In this document: positions 18,854 to 28,775 of the stretch, in pieces | Layout: every line of letters begins with the position of its first letter | Position numbering within the stretch: position 1 is the first letter of the stretch | Origin: a virus | Lineage: Duplodnaviria; Heunggongvirae; Uroviricota; Caudoviricetes | IMG/VR virus record: IMGVR_UViG_2529292882_000007 | Reading direction: 5' to 3' (one strand) | DNA: 49,713 bases | The notes under the pieces: generated by a model | What the model saw: the letters and a program-made list of their open reading frames with translations, nothing else | Database searches by the model: none | Told to the model about the DNA's origin: nothing | Made by a program: the position numbers and the translations under genes

Positions 18854-19046
18854 TCCCCACCTCTTTTGTCACTTCTATACGCCGCTCCGCAGTGGCTTTT
18901 ACGGCGGCTGCATTCTCATTAATGCGCTGCTTTTCAGCTTCATCTTCGGCCTTTTCTCGCCCCTTCATACGACCAAAACCAAACGCACCGAATGCAACCA
19001 ATATAACGGTGCCGATAAATGACAAAACGGCTTTCAAACCAGTCAT
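18768..19046 (-). CDS. i-spanin (Rz-like)
   Basis: N-terminal TM segment then charged coiled region; follows endolysin. Confidence 0.5.
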   Translation of the reverse strand: MTGLKAVLSFIGTVILVAFGAFGFGRMKGREKAEDEAEKQRINENAAAVKATAERRIEVTKEVGNVQQSVNHMADDDVDRELRESWKRPGGG

Positions 19047-19585
19047 ACCACCACTCGCTCTTTCATCCAGCCGTAGACAAACGACTCATTAGCCTCGCGC
19101 TTCTCCGCCAGCTCCAGATAGCGTTCGCCCTGCGTACAGTTCAGCGACGTCAGCATCACCCGTTCGCCGTCTTTTCCCCGATTCCCAAGATAAGCACGTA
19201 GCGCATTAATGGTACGTGGACCGATTCGTCCGTCTGCATCCAAATCGGGATACAGCTTCCCGCGCAGGTTGAACACATTCAGCCAGCGTTGAAGCATTTT
19301 TGACGCCACTGTTGGCCCCATGTTCACCCCCGTGTCACACAGCTCTGCGGCAATATCAGAGGATAATGCGGCCACCTGATCAAAGCGTGGTCCGTACCAG
19401 TAATCAGCCTCAAGGATTTCCAGTGCCTGTTCGCGGGTTAAATCGCGCATATCGCCACGGTATCCATGAGCACGGGCAGTGTTCTGAGTAATGCCCCACT
19501 TTGTTGGGCCTCCCTTGTCGTCAGGGTGATCCACATAGCCGCCCTCTTTTCCAAGAACGCTGTTAAAAATCTCATCTTTGGTCAT
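19043..19585 (-). CDS. Endolysin, GH108-type lysozyme with peptidoglycan-binding domain
   Basis: N-terminal GGYVDHPDDKGGPTKWGIT signature. Confidence 0.7.
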   Translation of the reverse strand: MTKDEIFNSVLGKEGGYVDHPDDKGGPTKWGITQNTARAHGYRGDMRDLTREQALEILEADYWYGPRFDQVAALSSDIAAELCDTGVNMGPTVASKMLQRWLNVFNLRGKLYPDLDADGRIGPRTINALRAYLGNRGKDGERVMLTSLNCTQGERYLELAEKREANESFVYGWMKERVVV

Positions 19586-19868
19586 GATTAAACCCTAATG
19601 CGTCAACTATCCGCGCCAGATTGCCCCTGAAATACAGAACAACGATGCAGATAATCAGATTTCCAATAACCACCAGCCAGTGGGATTCTTGATAAAGACC
19701 GAACACATAACGGAAGGGAACATTGGCGTATACAATGACGTAGATATAAGCCAGAAAGGAAACAAATGGACGATGCCTGGAGTCTTTCCGTCGATAAAGC
19801 ATCAGCGCCATTACTATTACTGTGCAAAGCACCGCATTAATCAGTGCTGACGGGTCACTGCTTACCAT
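19572..19868 (-). CDS. Holin/antiholin-like membrane protein
   Basis: Start ATG 19868 with GGAGGGGG SD; about three TM segments. Confidence 0.45.
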   Translation of the reverse strand: MVSSDPSALINAVLCTVIVMALMLYRRKDSRHRPFVSFLAYIYVIVYANVPFRYVFGLYQESHWLVVIGNLIICIVVLYFRGNLARIVDALGFNHDQR

Positions 19869-20250
19869 TTGAACCCCCTCCACGTAAGCGGGAAAGCATT
19901 CCAAAGATGCTACCGAGATCCTGGCTGTTTACGAACGTGAGGATTTTAATTGTCAATGCAGCCACAATAACCGCACCAAGTGCATCAAGAGGACGATCGT
20001 TGTAGCTGGTCCATTTGGCAAGAAATGAGCCAACTAACGGCGCTCCAATCACTCCAACAATGAACGATGTAAAGAAATAGCCAATCAGCTTGAGACGGCT
20101 AATATTCACCGCTGTAGCAACATAGAAAACAGCGCCAGCAAATGCCCCGAATACAACGCCGTAATCAATACCAGTTGCAATACCAAAAACGCTGGCACCC
20201 ATCAGGCCACCAGCAGCAACGGCCGTACCGGAAATTGGTTCTGCTGACAT
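19855..20250 (-). CDS. Putative holin
   Basis: Start ATG 20250 with GAGGA SD; Gly/Ala-rich TM segments; first gene of lysis cassette. Confidence 0.5.
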   Translation of the reverse strand: MSAEPISGTAVAAGGLMGASVFGIATGIDYGVVFGAFAGAVFYVATAVNISRLKLIGYFFTSFIVGVIGAPLVGSFLAKWTSYNDRPLDALGAVIVAALTIKILTFVNSQDLGSIFGMLSRLRGGGSNGKQ

Positions 20251-20264
20251 TGAAATCCTCGTTA

Positions 20265-20296
20265 AAAAAAAAAGCCCCGCCGAAAAAGGCAGGGCT
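20265..20296 (-). terminator. Intrinsic terminator-like hairpin immediately upstream of holin RBS
   Basis: GC stem GCCCCGCC/GGCAGGGC followed by U-run on the minus-strand transcript. Confidence 0.45.
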
Positions 20297-20637
20297 TCAT
20301 AAAGCAACAAATTACGCGGTAATCGCTTAACGCAGTTTTACTACGTTAAATGAAACACTACACCCAGTTACCACCTAAAACAAGGTTTCCCCATAAAAAA
20401 ACCTTCATATCGTGGTTAATCGATCAATAAAAAAGCAATGTTCAACTTTTTACCAACCGAACATCCCGACCAGGACTTCCATAATATTCGCCGATATGCC
20501 ACTGCTTAAGTTGAGTAATCTTCTCCAACTTAACTCCCATAGAGTCCAGTTTCTGCCATGTTTTCGGTTGTATGTGCTTCATTACCCGCTCTGAATATCT
20601 GAATACTGCTCGTAAGCGCATGGTTTCTCACTACAGC

Positions 20638-21075
20638 TTATATATGTTCACGACTGGACTTCCAGAATATCCACGCCAGATCAACATTCGGGTCCTGGTA
20701 ATTCATCCCTTCGTTGGCACGAAGCAATAATGTTTCATGGTTTTTATCACCCGCATGAAACCTGACAAGTGCTTCGAACTGTTCGCGACCATCATCTCGC
20801 ATTCGCTCACTACAGCTTATCAAGCCATCCGGAGTTACCGAAACTGGCGGCGCGGCATATAGTGGTTTAGGTGTTATCTCCGCGCGTTTTGCGTATGCTT
20901 CAACTGTGTCAGGGTTAAACAGGATTATGTTTTCGCCGCATTCCCACGCTATCGGCTCTGCTTCCAGCGATGCTAACGCTATTTCATAAGCCCGGCGCTC
21001 AATATCGTCTCGTACGTCCAGGCTGCTGATACGTTCTTTGATTTCTTTAATCATTTCTTTGTCGGTAAAAGCCAT
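20638..21075 (-). CDS. Hypothetical protein
   Basis: 145-aa ORF. Confidence 0.4.
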   Translation of the reverse strand: MAFTDKEMIKEIKERISSLDVRDDIERRAYEIALASLEAEPIAWECGENIILFNPDTVEAYAKRAEITPKPLYAAPPVSVTPDGLISCSERMRDDGREQFEALVRFHAGDKNHETLLLRANEGMNYQDPNVDLAWIFWKSSREHI

Positions 21076-21076
21076 T

Positions 21077-21409
21077 TCAGTTTTCCTTATATGGATTAAT
21101 TTTACTGTGCAGTGCGTTGAATGGCTCCGATGTCACGTCGGTATATAACTCAATAACTGGTTCAACTAATTTTCCGATTACCCAGACCAGGATTAACGGG
21201 AATATCGGCATCAGCAACACGATAAACACAATGAAAAACAGAAATTCTATCGTTCTGCTTCTTCGCGGATAATTTTTCCTGAATAACGTTGGCACATCAC
21301 TCTCCTTTAGTGCGCAGATAACAGTGGTTTTTCCAGCGGTTTTGCGCCGCGCTGCGCTTATCTCGGACTCCCTCTCTGGCAATTCCAGAAAATGAAAACA
21401 ACACCACAC
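21077..21409 (-). CDS. Hypothetical membrane protein (start uncertain)
   Basis: Hydrophobic segment FLFFIVFIVLLMPIFPLILVWVIG. Confidence 0.3.
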   Translation of the reverse strand: MWCCFHFLELPERESEISAARRKTAGKTTVICALKESDVPTLFRKNYPRRSRTIEFLFFIVFIVLLMPIFPLILVWVIGKLVEPVIELYTDVTSEPFNALHSKINPYKEN

Positions 21410-21498
21410 GGCGATTGCTAACTCTCAACCACTGGCTGGGATAGCAAAGTCTGTACACACGGGAGATAAGCATCTTTGCTTTACGGTTTTTCATCGCT

Positions 21499-22119
21499 TT
21501 ATTCTTCCTCACGCCCAAGATATGAAAGAGATGTGACTGCTGTTGCATGGAAACCACAAACCTTGCTAAGTGCGCTTTTAAACTCTTCAAGGTCGGATTG
21601 CGATTTGATTCTGAAAGGTGACTGCGCAATCCCGGACATAGTAATGCCGCTAACATTGCTCACTGCGTTGTAGTGATATACGTGCCTATTAGCTAATTGA
21701 GTCACGCGTTCCTGTTGGCTGTTTATATTAGCGTCCTGTCCTGTGTTGGCCTGCTCCAACTCTTCGATACGTTCAGCCATAGCAGCACACTCTTCAAAGT
21801 TACTTAATGCTTTTCGCTCCCATTCGGCGCATTGTTTTCCAAGCTCGGCAATCAGTTTGTCTTTGCCTTCCAGCTCGTCCAGCAACGCCTGCACTACTTC
21901 AGGGTTAAAAGCTGCGATATAACGAGCGTTGTTCTCTGCGTTTTTCTGTTCGTCAAATCCTGGCCAGTCGACAATATCTCCGTGATGATTATCACCTGGT
22001 GTGTGTACGGCGTATGTGCCGTGTTTGCCCGGCGAAATAAATGCGACCCATTCGCCCTGTGTTGCCTGTTTTGCTATCTCACGTAGCGCCTGATAATTAA
22101 TTGCTGTGCTGTTAGTCAT
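21499..22119 (-). CDS. Ead/Ea22-like protein
   Basis: Start MTNSTAINYQALREIAKQATQGEW with GGAG SD; coiled-coil central region. Confidence 0.5.
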   Translation of the reverse strand: MTNSTAINYQALREIAKQATQGEWVAFISPGKHGTYAVHTPGDNHHGDIVDWPGFDEQKNAENNARYIAAFNPEVVQALLDELEGKDKLIAELGKQCAEWERKALSNFEECAAMAERIEELEQANTGQDANINSQQERVTQLANRHVYHYNAVSNVSGITMSGIAQSPFRIKSQSDLEEFKSALSKVCGFHATAVTSLSYLGREEE

Positions 22120-22453
22120 TCCAAGACTCCAGCTCTGTTTCAATTTCTTTATCGATCTCATCGTTTGTGGCTTCTTCATCCAGATGGTCACGAGCCTCTT
22201 TACGATACTTTTCTCTATGCGCTTCATACCAGTTAGAAAACTCCGGCGACCAGCCTGTGTCCTTGCCGTCGTAGTCAAACTTGGCATTTTTCTCAGCCAT
22301 GCTTTCAACCATGTTTTCAGCCGTAATAAGCCCCAATTCACGCATCCCACGCAAAAAACTTTTACGCATGTGAGGGCTAACTTTCGAATCACAAACAGGC
22401 TTAAATCTGACTTCCCAACGGCGAATACAACGTGCATTAAGTGATTTGCTCAT
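22112..22453 (-). CDS. Hypothetical protein
   Basis: 113-aa ORF. Confidence 0.4.
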   Translation of the reverse strand: MSKSLNARCIRRWEVRFKPVCDSKVSPHMRKSFLRGMRELGLITAENMVESMAEKNAKFDYDGKDTGWSPEFSNWYEAHREKYRKEARDHLDEEATNDEIDKEIETELESWND

Positions 22454-22455
22454 AG

Positions 22456-23124
22456 TTATGCTTCCTGAATATGCTTAAACTCAATTACCCATACCCACGG
22501 ATTAGACAGCCAGTTATCTTGCCCATAAATACCGCGCCAGATATCACCAAAACCAACGCGATAAACAGCTTCCGGTGGCGTAATTTTGTACGTCGCCGGA
22601 AATGCGCCTTCCGCTTTCGCATCTGCCTCGCTAATGTCATGCAGCCGTTCCACACGCACGTCGGTTATTCCCAACAGAATGCGCGACGCCCAGCGCGGCA
22701 TGTGGATAGATGGGCACCACCTGCCATCAAACTTTTCATTCACAGTGCGAGGTTTCCAGTCAGCATCATCAGGTATTGACCACAGACCGTAATCACCAGG
22801 CTTTTGTTCACAACTTGCCCGATAAATCCTTGCTGCCTTCTTCTCATCGCCATGACAAAGGTTGCCGTTCCAGTCCACACTGCAACCATCCTCATTGCCT
22901 AATATTGCCCACGCTTCACGGACCCAGATGCGATCACCAACGTTACCGAACGGGCATAAACCATGTTCCGGTGCATCCATAACGTGGGTATAGACACCAT
23001 TGCGTTTCTTTGTCGGTTTACTGATAACCAGGCAGTTATCGGCCCTGACATTTTTTACAGGTCGACGAGTCTGCGTCTTCCTGCCTTCGAGGATGGCCCG
23101 GACCATCTCATCATTAAAAATCAT
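22456..23124 (-). CDS. Hypothetical protein, possible ASCH/PUA-like fold
   Basis: N-terminal MVRAILEGRKTQTRR motif; start at internal ATG 23124. Confidence 0.35.
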   Translation of the reverse strand: MIFNDEMVRAILEGRKTQTRRPVKNVRADNCLVISKPTKKRNGVYTHVMDAPEHGLCPFGNVGDRIWVREAWAILGNEDGCSVDWNGNLCHGDEKKAARIYRASCEQKPGDYGLWSIPDDADWKPRTVNEKFDGRWCPSIHMPRWASRILLGITDVRVERLHDISEADAKAEGAFPATYKITPPEAVYRVGFGDIWRGIYGQDNWLSNPWVWVIEFKHIQEA

Positions 23125-23144
23125 GCCGCGCTCTTTCACCTTGC

Positions 23145-23510
23145 TCACTTCAACTCCTCCCGACGACGTTCCTGAAGCTCTAGCATTGCGGCTCGGAAAT
23201 CCTGCCACCATTCCTCATCTGCAACGGGGGTGTTTCGCTCCAGCACCTTGTCCGCATCAGCGATCAGGTTTGCCAGACTCTTGTCTGAAATCTTCGTTAC
23301 CGGAGTCGTTGGTTGCTCAACCTGCCCGATAGGTTTTATCGTGCTCAAAAGGAGGCGACGGCTGGAAAGTGGCGACCCACAACGGCGCCCATCTTCCTTG
23401 CGATATGTTTCTTTCGGACCAACACACCAGGTTGTCGGCGTTTCGCGTAACTTCACTTTTTTCTCACCATCAATGGTGATGATTATTCCGGTATGGGTTT
23501 TGATGCTCAT
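23145..23510 (-). CDS. Hypothetical protein
   Basis: 121-aa ORF. Confidence 0.35.
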   Translation of the reverse strand: MSIKTHTGIIITIDGEKKVKLRETPTTWCVGPKETYRKEDGRRCGSPLSSRRLLLSTIKPIGQVEQPTTPVTKISDKSLANLIADADKVLERNTPVADEEWWQDFRAAMLELQERRREELK

Positions 23511-23788
23511 GCCACAGCCCCTCTCAACGGCTTAACTTTGGCTAATAAGGTGTTAAACAACATGGAGTTAGGATTCATGCCAAATGGCAATTCCGGTTTA
23601 GCGGAGTAGTACAGGCAACCATTTATTTTCCTGGTTGTTATCTGTCCTTCGGCAACCATGCTTCTCAGTCTGCAACGCATAGAGTTCTGCGACACACCAA
23701 TGTGCTCCGCGATTACGTCCACTTTTGAACATGGGTGATCGGTCAGGAAATTAATCACATCTTGGGGGTTAATAATTTTGCGTTTCAT
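23507..23788 (-). CDS. Winged-HTH DNA-binding protein
   Basis: Start ATG 23788 with AAGGA SD; HTH-like region VIAEHIGVSQNSMRCRL. Confidence 0.4.
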   Translation of the reverse strand: MKRKIINPQDVINFLTDHPCSKVDVIAEHIGVSQNSMRCRLRSMVAEGQITTRKINGCLYYSAKPELPFGMNPNSMLFNTLLAKVKPLRGAVA

Positions 23789-23865
23789 TGTCGAGACGTC
23801 CTTATACATTTATATAAATATATAATTCTATATACGGCGGGAGACATCCCGCCGTAGGCTTACTG

Positions 23866-24933
23866 TCAGGCTTTTAATAGCGATTCTTTCAGATATCGGG
23901 CATCAGCCAGGGCGTTTGGAGTAATCTTGCGAACCCATGCATTACGAGTTGGACTCCACTTAAAGGCGCGTGATTTAAGCAGCGAACGAATGTTTGCCTC
24001 TGGTTTGCCAGGGAAATAAAACAGGATGCGGTTATCCTCTGGATCTATCTCCATAGAAAAGCCGTCGTATTCTTCGCGCTGTGATCCTGTTACAGACTTG
24101 ACCGATTCAAGCTCTTTAATACGGCTCTGTAGTCGTTTGATTTCGGCGTTATTGTTACTCAGTGAGTATGAAGGAAAGCCAATGTGCCCACAGAAATCTC
24201 CGGCGAGTAACTCTTTGGCTTCGCTTTCAGTAAACTCAAGGTCAATTAATGCGGAAAGCTGCTGTAATTGGTCTTTTTTGTATTTGCGAATAGCCTTATT
24301 TGCGGCCTTCATTTTGATGTGTGACTTCATGCAGCCTTGCAGCTTACGAAGCAACTTAAATAGCGCATCAGGATCATCAGACGAAACTCCATTACGGCCG
24401 ACACCTGCGGCTTTGCTTTCGTAGTACGATGCTCTGCTTTCACACTCAACAAACGATTTTCTGAATAACGCATCAGCTTTAGACAAACGGCGGCGATGGC
24501 CTTTCGCGCTATAATGGTCAACTAAAATCGGCTGGCCTAACGGGATCACATCCAACAGTTCATGCGCTCGCTTATGCGCCACCGCACCTTCTTTTCTGGC
24601 TTTTTCTGCACGAGCAATATATCGGGCAAGACGCGCGTTCTGGCGTTCCTGATAGGTATTTACGTAATCATCTCCGCGCTGCTGCTGTTCAAGCCATGCT
24701 TTGCGCAGCTTTTCTGTTACGTCTACCAACTCCGCAGGGATACAACCTGTTTGGGATTCATAAGAGTGACCATCCTCATAAAGACGTCCATCGTCTTCAA
24801 CAAAGAAAAAGGTGTCGTGCTCATCGCTTTTGACCATACGGCCATTAACATGACGTAATCTATAGCCAGTATCAGTGCTTAACAGGCTGTCAGGGTTGTT
24901 GATCCAGTCAGAAATAATTACTTGTTTATTCAT
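23866..24933 (-). CDS. Hypothetical protein (DUF3560-like by recollection), first gene after cassette copy 2
   Basis: Start ATG 24933 directly after shared leader; ORF-track start at 25083 runs through the leader. Confidence 0.45.
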   Translation of the reverse strand: MNKQVIISDWINNPDSLLSTDTGYRLRHVNGRMVKSDEHDTFFFVEDDGRLYEDGHSYESQTGCIPAELVDVTEKLRKAWLEQQQRGDDYVNTYQERQNARLARYIARAEKARKEGAVAHKRAHELLDVIPLGQPILVDHYSAKGHRRRLSKADALFRKSFVECESRASYYESKAAGVGRNGVSSDDPDALFKLLRKLQGCMKSHIKMKAANKAIRKYKKDQLQQLSALIDLEFTESEAKELLAGDFCGHIGFPSYSLSNNNAEIKRLQSRIKELESVKSVTGSQREEYDGFSMEIDPEDNRILFYFPGKPEANIRSLLKSRAFKWSPTRNAWVRKITPNALADARYLKESLLKA

Positions 24934-24939
24934 CAGATT

Positions 24940-25041
24940 TCTCCGGTTTAACCAGGGCGGGTATCGCTCGGTTTCGGGTATAACCTTAGGAAATTTTTTC
25001 CCACCTGTAAAGCACTTTTTATATAAATCTATAATTATATA
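24940..25041 (-). promoter_or_regulatory. Repeated promoter/5' leader cassette, copy 2 (immediately downstream of Q-like gene)
   Basis: Shares about 100 bp with copies 1 and 3. Confidence 0.6.
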
Positions 25042-25103
25042 TTTATAGATTTTCCGATGTTCCCGGTGCCTACAAATCACCAAAACAGCTCAAAATGACA
25101 CTT

Positions 25104-25481
25104 TTACTCTCTTCTCTTTTTCAAGTAGTCGACAACATACGCCCTGGCCTTTGCCAGCTTCCGGCGATACTGTCTGAGACTAAGAGAAAGGGCGTGGGCT
25201 TTATCAATATGCGGTGCATTTATGTCGAGGCCCCGAATCTCCCACGCCCCGTATTCAATTCGGACAACCAGCGCCGCAGTCTCATCAACTACAGTGAGGG
25301 CCGTCACCGCTCCCTCTATACTGGTTTCCAGTGAGTCATTTGGTGCGCCGCCCCCTCCGGTAAACTGGCAGCGCGTAACCATCATCATTTCTAACATCGA
25401 CGCGAAACCGCTACGGGCGTTGCAGCCATTGCGCACCCACAGCGCCCATAGCTCAAACAAGCTATCCAGATCGCGTCTCAC
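25104..25481 (-). CDS. Putative antitermination protein Q-like late regulator
   Basis: 125 aa; W-x-W and Cys-containing pattern reminiscent of small Q-like antiterminators; position before late promoter-like cassette. Confidence 0.4.
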   Translation of the reverse strand: MRRDLDSLFELWALWVRNGCNARSGFASMLEMMMVTRCQFTGGGGAPNDSLETSIEGAVTALTVVDETAALVVRIEYGAWEIRGLDINAPHIDKAHALSLSLRQYRRKLAKARAYVVDYLKKRRE

Positions 25482-25484
25482 TGT

Positions 25485-25817
25485 TCAGATCTCCCGTATC
25501 GTGACGGGATAAAGCGCCTCTACCTGCTTTTTCTTCATGATGTAGACGTCTGTTCGCACACCTTTAGTGTCGACACAATCAATCGTCCCATCGTCATAAA
25601 ACACCATGAAATCAAGTTTATAAACGACACCACCTGGCAGATGAAAAGGCACCTGCATAAGAAACGTCACAACGCGGCCAGCTTTTCTCAGTAGCTTCAG
25701 TTCGCAGTAGTAATCAGCCTCTTTTTTGCTATCAAAAGCGATATCATCGACAACCGTTTTTTTATTGCCGTATTTGCTTTTCCTGGTCGCTGGTTTGCGA
25801 AAGCCGGTATATCTCAT
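25485..25817 (-). CDS. DUF1064-like protein
   Basis: Motif SKYGNKKTVVDDIAFDSKKEADYY. Confidence 0.5.
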   Translation of the reverse strand: MRYTGFRKPATRKSKYGNKKTVVDDIAFDSKKEADYYCELKLLRKAGRVVTFLMQVPFHLPGGVVYKLDFMVFYDDGTIDCVDTKGVRTDVYIMKKKQVEALYPVTIREI

Positions 25818-26218
25818 TTGGTATCCCCTGGTACTTCACCAAGACTAAGATCAAACCCAATTTCGTCTTTAACTGACTGCGGCAACAGCTCCCACGTCTG
25901 CGCACACAAAAACTCATCGGTGCCATAACGCTCAACAAAGCGAGCACAATTACTCAGGGGAGGGTGACGAACGGCAATATGCGGAGGCACGCGCCCACCA
26001 CCAGGCACAACACCGCGATGATGTGGGGCGCACAATCCAAAGCTATGGAAGTGGCAATTCTCATCAACGCTGCCGTAATCAGGATCGTGATGCAGCTCCG
26101 TCCACAGCTCTGGATTCTCAATTTCACGGCCATCAATAATGCAAGCTATGCACCCCACGTGAGTGAGCACCGCTTGTATATAAAGTTTCTCTTTCTTCGT
26201 TGGTGTACGTCCGTTCAT
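25814..26218 (-). CDS. Putative HNH/Ref-like nuclease
   Basis: Cys/His-rich motifs GCIACIIDG and ELHHDP. Confidence 0.3.
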   Translation of the reverse strand: MNGRTPTKKEKLYIQAVLTHVGCIACIIDGREIENPELWTELHHDPDYGSVDENCHFHSFGLCAPHHRGVVPGGGRVPPHIAVRHPPLSNCARFVERYGTDEFLCAQTWELLPQSVKDEIGFDLSLGEVPGDTK

Positions 26219-26451
26219 CAGCGCCCCTTACCATTGATAAAGAGGTTGAACTCGTTGATTAACTGGACATACATGCTTCTGGCCGCGTAGTTCTTTGCCA
26301 GCTCTTTACGGGATGAGATCCCGCAAAACTCACGCAGAATCACAGAGGCCTCAGAACTGTTTGAAACGTTCTTCCCTGTTTTACTGGTCAGAAAGCGCCA
26401 GAATTGGGGATTCTGGCAATGCATCGCAGCACCGCGAACATAACTACTCAT
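26218..26451 (-). CDS. Hypothetical protein
   Basis: 77-aa ORF. Confidence 0.3.
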   Translation of the reverse strand: MSSYVRGAAMHCQNPQFWRFLTSKTGKNVSNSSEASVILREFCGISSRKELAKNYAARSMYVQLINEFNLFINGKGR

Positions 26452-26963
26452 TGATGGCCCCCGTCATTTCTGGTGCTTTTCACCGTGCGGCTTCTTAAAA
26501 ACCTGCCATCACGAACAACAGACACTTCTCGTTTACCCAACCTCATTTCACGGCGGTAACATTCAGAAAATGCCTCGTCCGGCATCATATAAATGCGACG
26601 CTTCGCCTCCGTATCCAGAAGGGAACGGCTTGGGGTTACATATAAGAACGACTCATCAATAGGGACAAAACCACGAGCAAGAATTGCTGGCAGAATGCCA
26701 GGAAGAACGCAGAAAACAGCTCCACGATGCAGCAACATCTGGTACTCCATGACCTCCGTTATCCCCGTGACTACTGTTACGGTGTCACGTCTGTTACGGC
26801 TGGCAACCAGTCGCTGCACACGTCCAATTTTCTGATCTACAGATAGATGTTTGCTATCGTTATCAATATGATCGATAACAAATCCTTTAATCGTTTGATC
26901 AAGGTAGTGCACCACCTGCGATTGAATCTGGTGATTATCACCAAAGAAGGCCAGAATCATCAT
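26448..26963 (-). CDS. Hypothetical protein
   Basis: 171-aa ORF. Confidence 0.4.
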   Translation of the reverse strand: MMILAFFGDNHQIQSQVVHYLDQTIKGFVIDHIDNDSKHLSVDQKIGRVQRLVASRNRRDTVTVVTGITEVMEYQMLLHRGAVFCVLPGILPAILARGFVPIDESFLYVTPSRSLLDTEAKRRIYMMPDEAFSECYRREMRLGKREVSVVRDGRFLRSRTVKSTRNDGGHQ

Positions 26964-27454
26964 TCCTCAAGCCTCCCAAGTGCTGAACGCCGGGCGTTGC
27001 TAATCTCCTTATGAATCAGCTCGATATCGCTAGAATCTTTATTCTTAAACTCCAGCACGGCAATCGCATCACGAACCTCTGAAACGGTTACGTGTGAGTG
27101 TTTCCAGCGAGCAATGAATCGCGGACCGCGTAAATTACAACGCTCCGCAGGCATCCCCAGCTCAGAGAAAACCGCTTTCAGCCTTGATAAGCAGTTAACA
27201 GGGAGATTCCCTTTGATCTTGTTCTGCCGAACCGATGTGCCATCGCTACGCTGGCGCTGACGTTCGGCAAAATCTGCCGCCCATTGCTGGACGTTAATCC
27301 GGCCTTCCGAATACGCCACCAGCAGCGTCAGGTTATCCGCACGAGGGAATCTCTCGAAGCGATACCAGGCACCAATCAGTGATGACGTAAAGCCAAACTT
27401 TCTGGCAACACCAATTTGGCCTCCATTCTCGTCAACCCACTCCTGAAAGGTCAT
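26960..27454 (-). CDS. Cro/YdaS-like HTH regulator
   Basis: N-terminal HTH-like GGQIGVARKFGFTSSLIGAWYRF; divergent from CI-like gene. Confidence 0.5.
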   Translation of the reverse strand: MTFQEWVDENGGQIGVARKFGFTSSLIGAWYRFERFPRADNLTLLVAYSEGRINVQQWAADFAERQRQRSDGTSVRQNKIKGNLPVNCLSRLKAVFSELGMPAERCNLRGPRFIARWKHSHVTVSEVRDAIAVLEFKNKDSSDIELIHKEISNARRSALGRLEE

Positions 27455-27472
27455 TTAACGAACTCCAGTTAA

Positions 27473-27590
27473 ACCACGATATGTGGTATTAAAACCACAT
27501 ATCGTGAGTTTTTCAATGGGCGAAACAAAAAATAACCTTCTATTTGTGGTCCACCTCTCGTCTTACCATGTGAAAACCACTAAATGTGGT
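27473..27590. promoter_or_regulatory. Operator cluster: ACCAC-N5-GTGGT palindromes O1 27473..27487, O2 27494..27508 (imperfect), O3 27576..27590
   Basis: Three 15-bp inverted repeats in the divergent intergenic region. Confidence 0.6.
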
Positions 27591-27627
27591 AATGTATAAA
27601 TAACCCACCATTCACGATTGATGAGAC

Positions 27628-28284
27628 ATGAAAAGCAACGACGAGAACATCAAGAAAGAAATAGGTCTGCGCATTCAGACTCTACGGAAACAATCCGGCA
27701 TGACTGCCGGAGATCTCCAGCAAGTCACTGGAATAGGCTTAAGCACCTTGCAGAACTATGAGGCCGGATTAAGACAACCATCTATACCTGCCATCAAGAA
27801 AATCGCGCACGCCCTGAAAGCATCAGCGCCTTATATCGCGTGCTTAACAGATAACCCGTTCCCACCCCAGAATACTAACGCTCCTGTTATTCCTGGGCTT
27901 GTAGCTATAAAAAATGACATAGCATCGCACGCCGGAGAAAAGCCAGTGCTGGCGATAGAACAGGAGATTCTACGAAGCAAGAACATCAACCCATCGTCTC
28001 TGTCAGTTCTCCAGAGCAACGATGAGTTAATGTCACCAACAATATCCCCTGGCTCCCAAGTCCTGATTAATACAGACGATACAGAGATTCATGAGGGGAT
28101 CTATGCCCTTGAAGACAGAAATGGCCTGGTTGTTTTGAGGCACTGTAGAGTCATACCGGGTGACAATGCTGTTATGCTGTCAACCGAAAGGGATGCTGAA
28201 ATGAACACTAAGCATCTGAATAACGAGGAATTTAAGCGTTATAAAGTTCTTGGCCGCGTAGTTAGTGTTGTCAACTGGTTATGA
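27628..28284 (+). CDS. CI-like repressor (HTH-XRE plus S24/LexA-like C-terminal domain)
   Basis: N-terminal HTH; C-terminal region with MSP-type Ser motif. Confidence 0.65.
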   Translation: MKSNDENIKKEIGLRIQTLRKQSGMTAGDLQQVTGIGLSTLQNYEAGLRQPSIPAIKKIAHALKASAPYIACLTDNPFPPQNTNAPVIPGLVAIKNDIASHAGEKPVLAIEQEILRSKNINPSSLSVLQSNDELMSPTISPGSQVLINTDDTEIHEGIYALEDRNGLVVLRHCRVIPGDNAVMLSTERDAEMNTKHLNNEEFKRYKVLGRVVSVVNWL

Positions 28285-28326
28285 TACACAGCACGGCGAA
28301 AGCCGTGCATTTCTACGCTCAAAAAA

Positions 28327-28341
28327 ACCACATTTTGTGGT
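28327..28341. promoter_or_regulatory. Operator O4 ACCACattttGTGGT
   Basis: Perfect 15-bp match to operator consensus upstream of ORF 28377. Confidence 0.5.
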
Positions 28342-28376
28342 TTTGACAACATGTAAAAGTATAAAAGAGGCTACGC

Positions 28377-28751
28377 ATGGAATTACATACAGCCAATAAA
28401 AACGAAACTCTGATCACTGCTGGAATCGAAATCCAAGCGTTGAACATAGCGATTGAGTGTATGTTATGCCAAATCATTGATAATGAGAAAGATATCGACT
28501 GGATAGAATCTATCCTTCATCTGGCATCAGAACAAAAAGTCTGCCTCAAAACGGCCTTACAATACGATGTGCCAGCGGTATCGAAGCTGTGCCAGCCATT
28601 AATGGCATATAACAGGGCTATTATTTCTGTATGCCTCATGATTCTTGATGAAAACACCCCTCTTAGCGACCGCTCAGAAGCTGCTCTAACCCTCTCACGT
28701 AAACAGCGACAGCTAGCAAATCAACTGATATCAACGATAGCTGACCTCTGA
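28377..28751 (+). CDS. Hypothetical protein
   Basis: 124-aa ORF followed by hairpin 28755..28775. Confidence 0.4.
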   Translation: MELHTANKNETLITAGIEIQALNIAIECMLCQIIDNEKDIDWIESILHLASEQKVCLKTALQYDVPAVSKLCQPLMAYNRAIISVCLMILDENTPLSDRSEAALTLSRKQRQLANQLISTIADL

Positions 28752-28775
28752 CTGCAAGCGGGCTAACGCCCGCTT

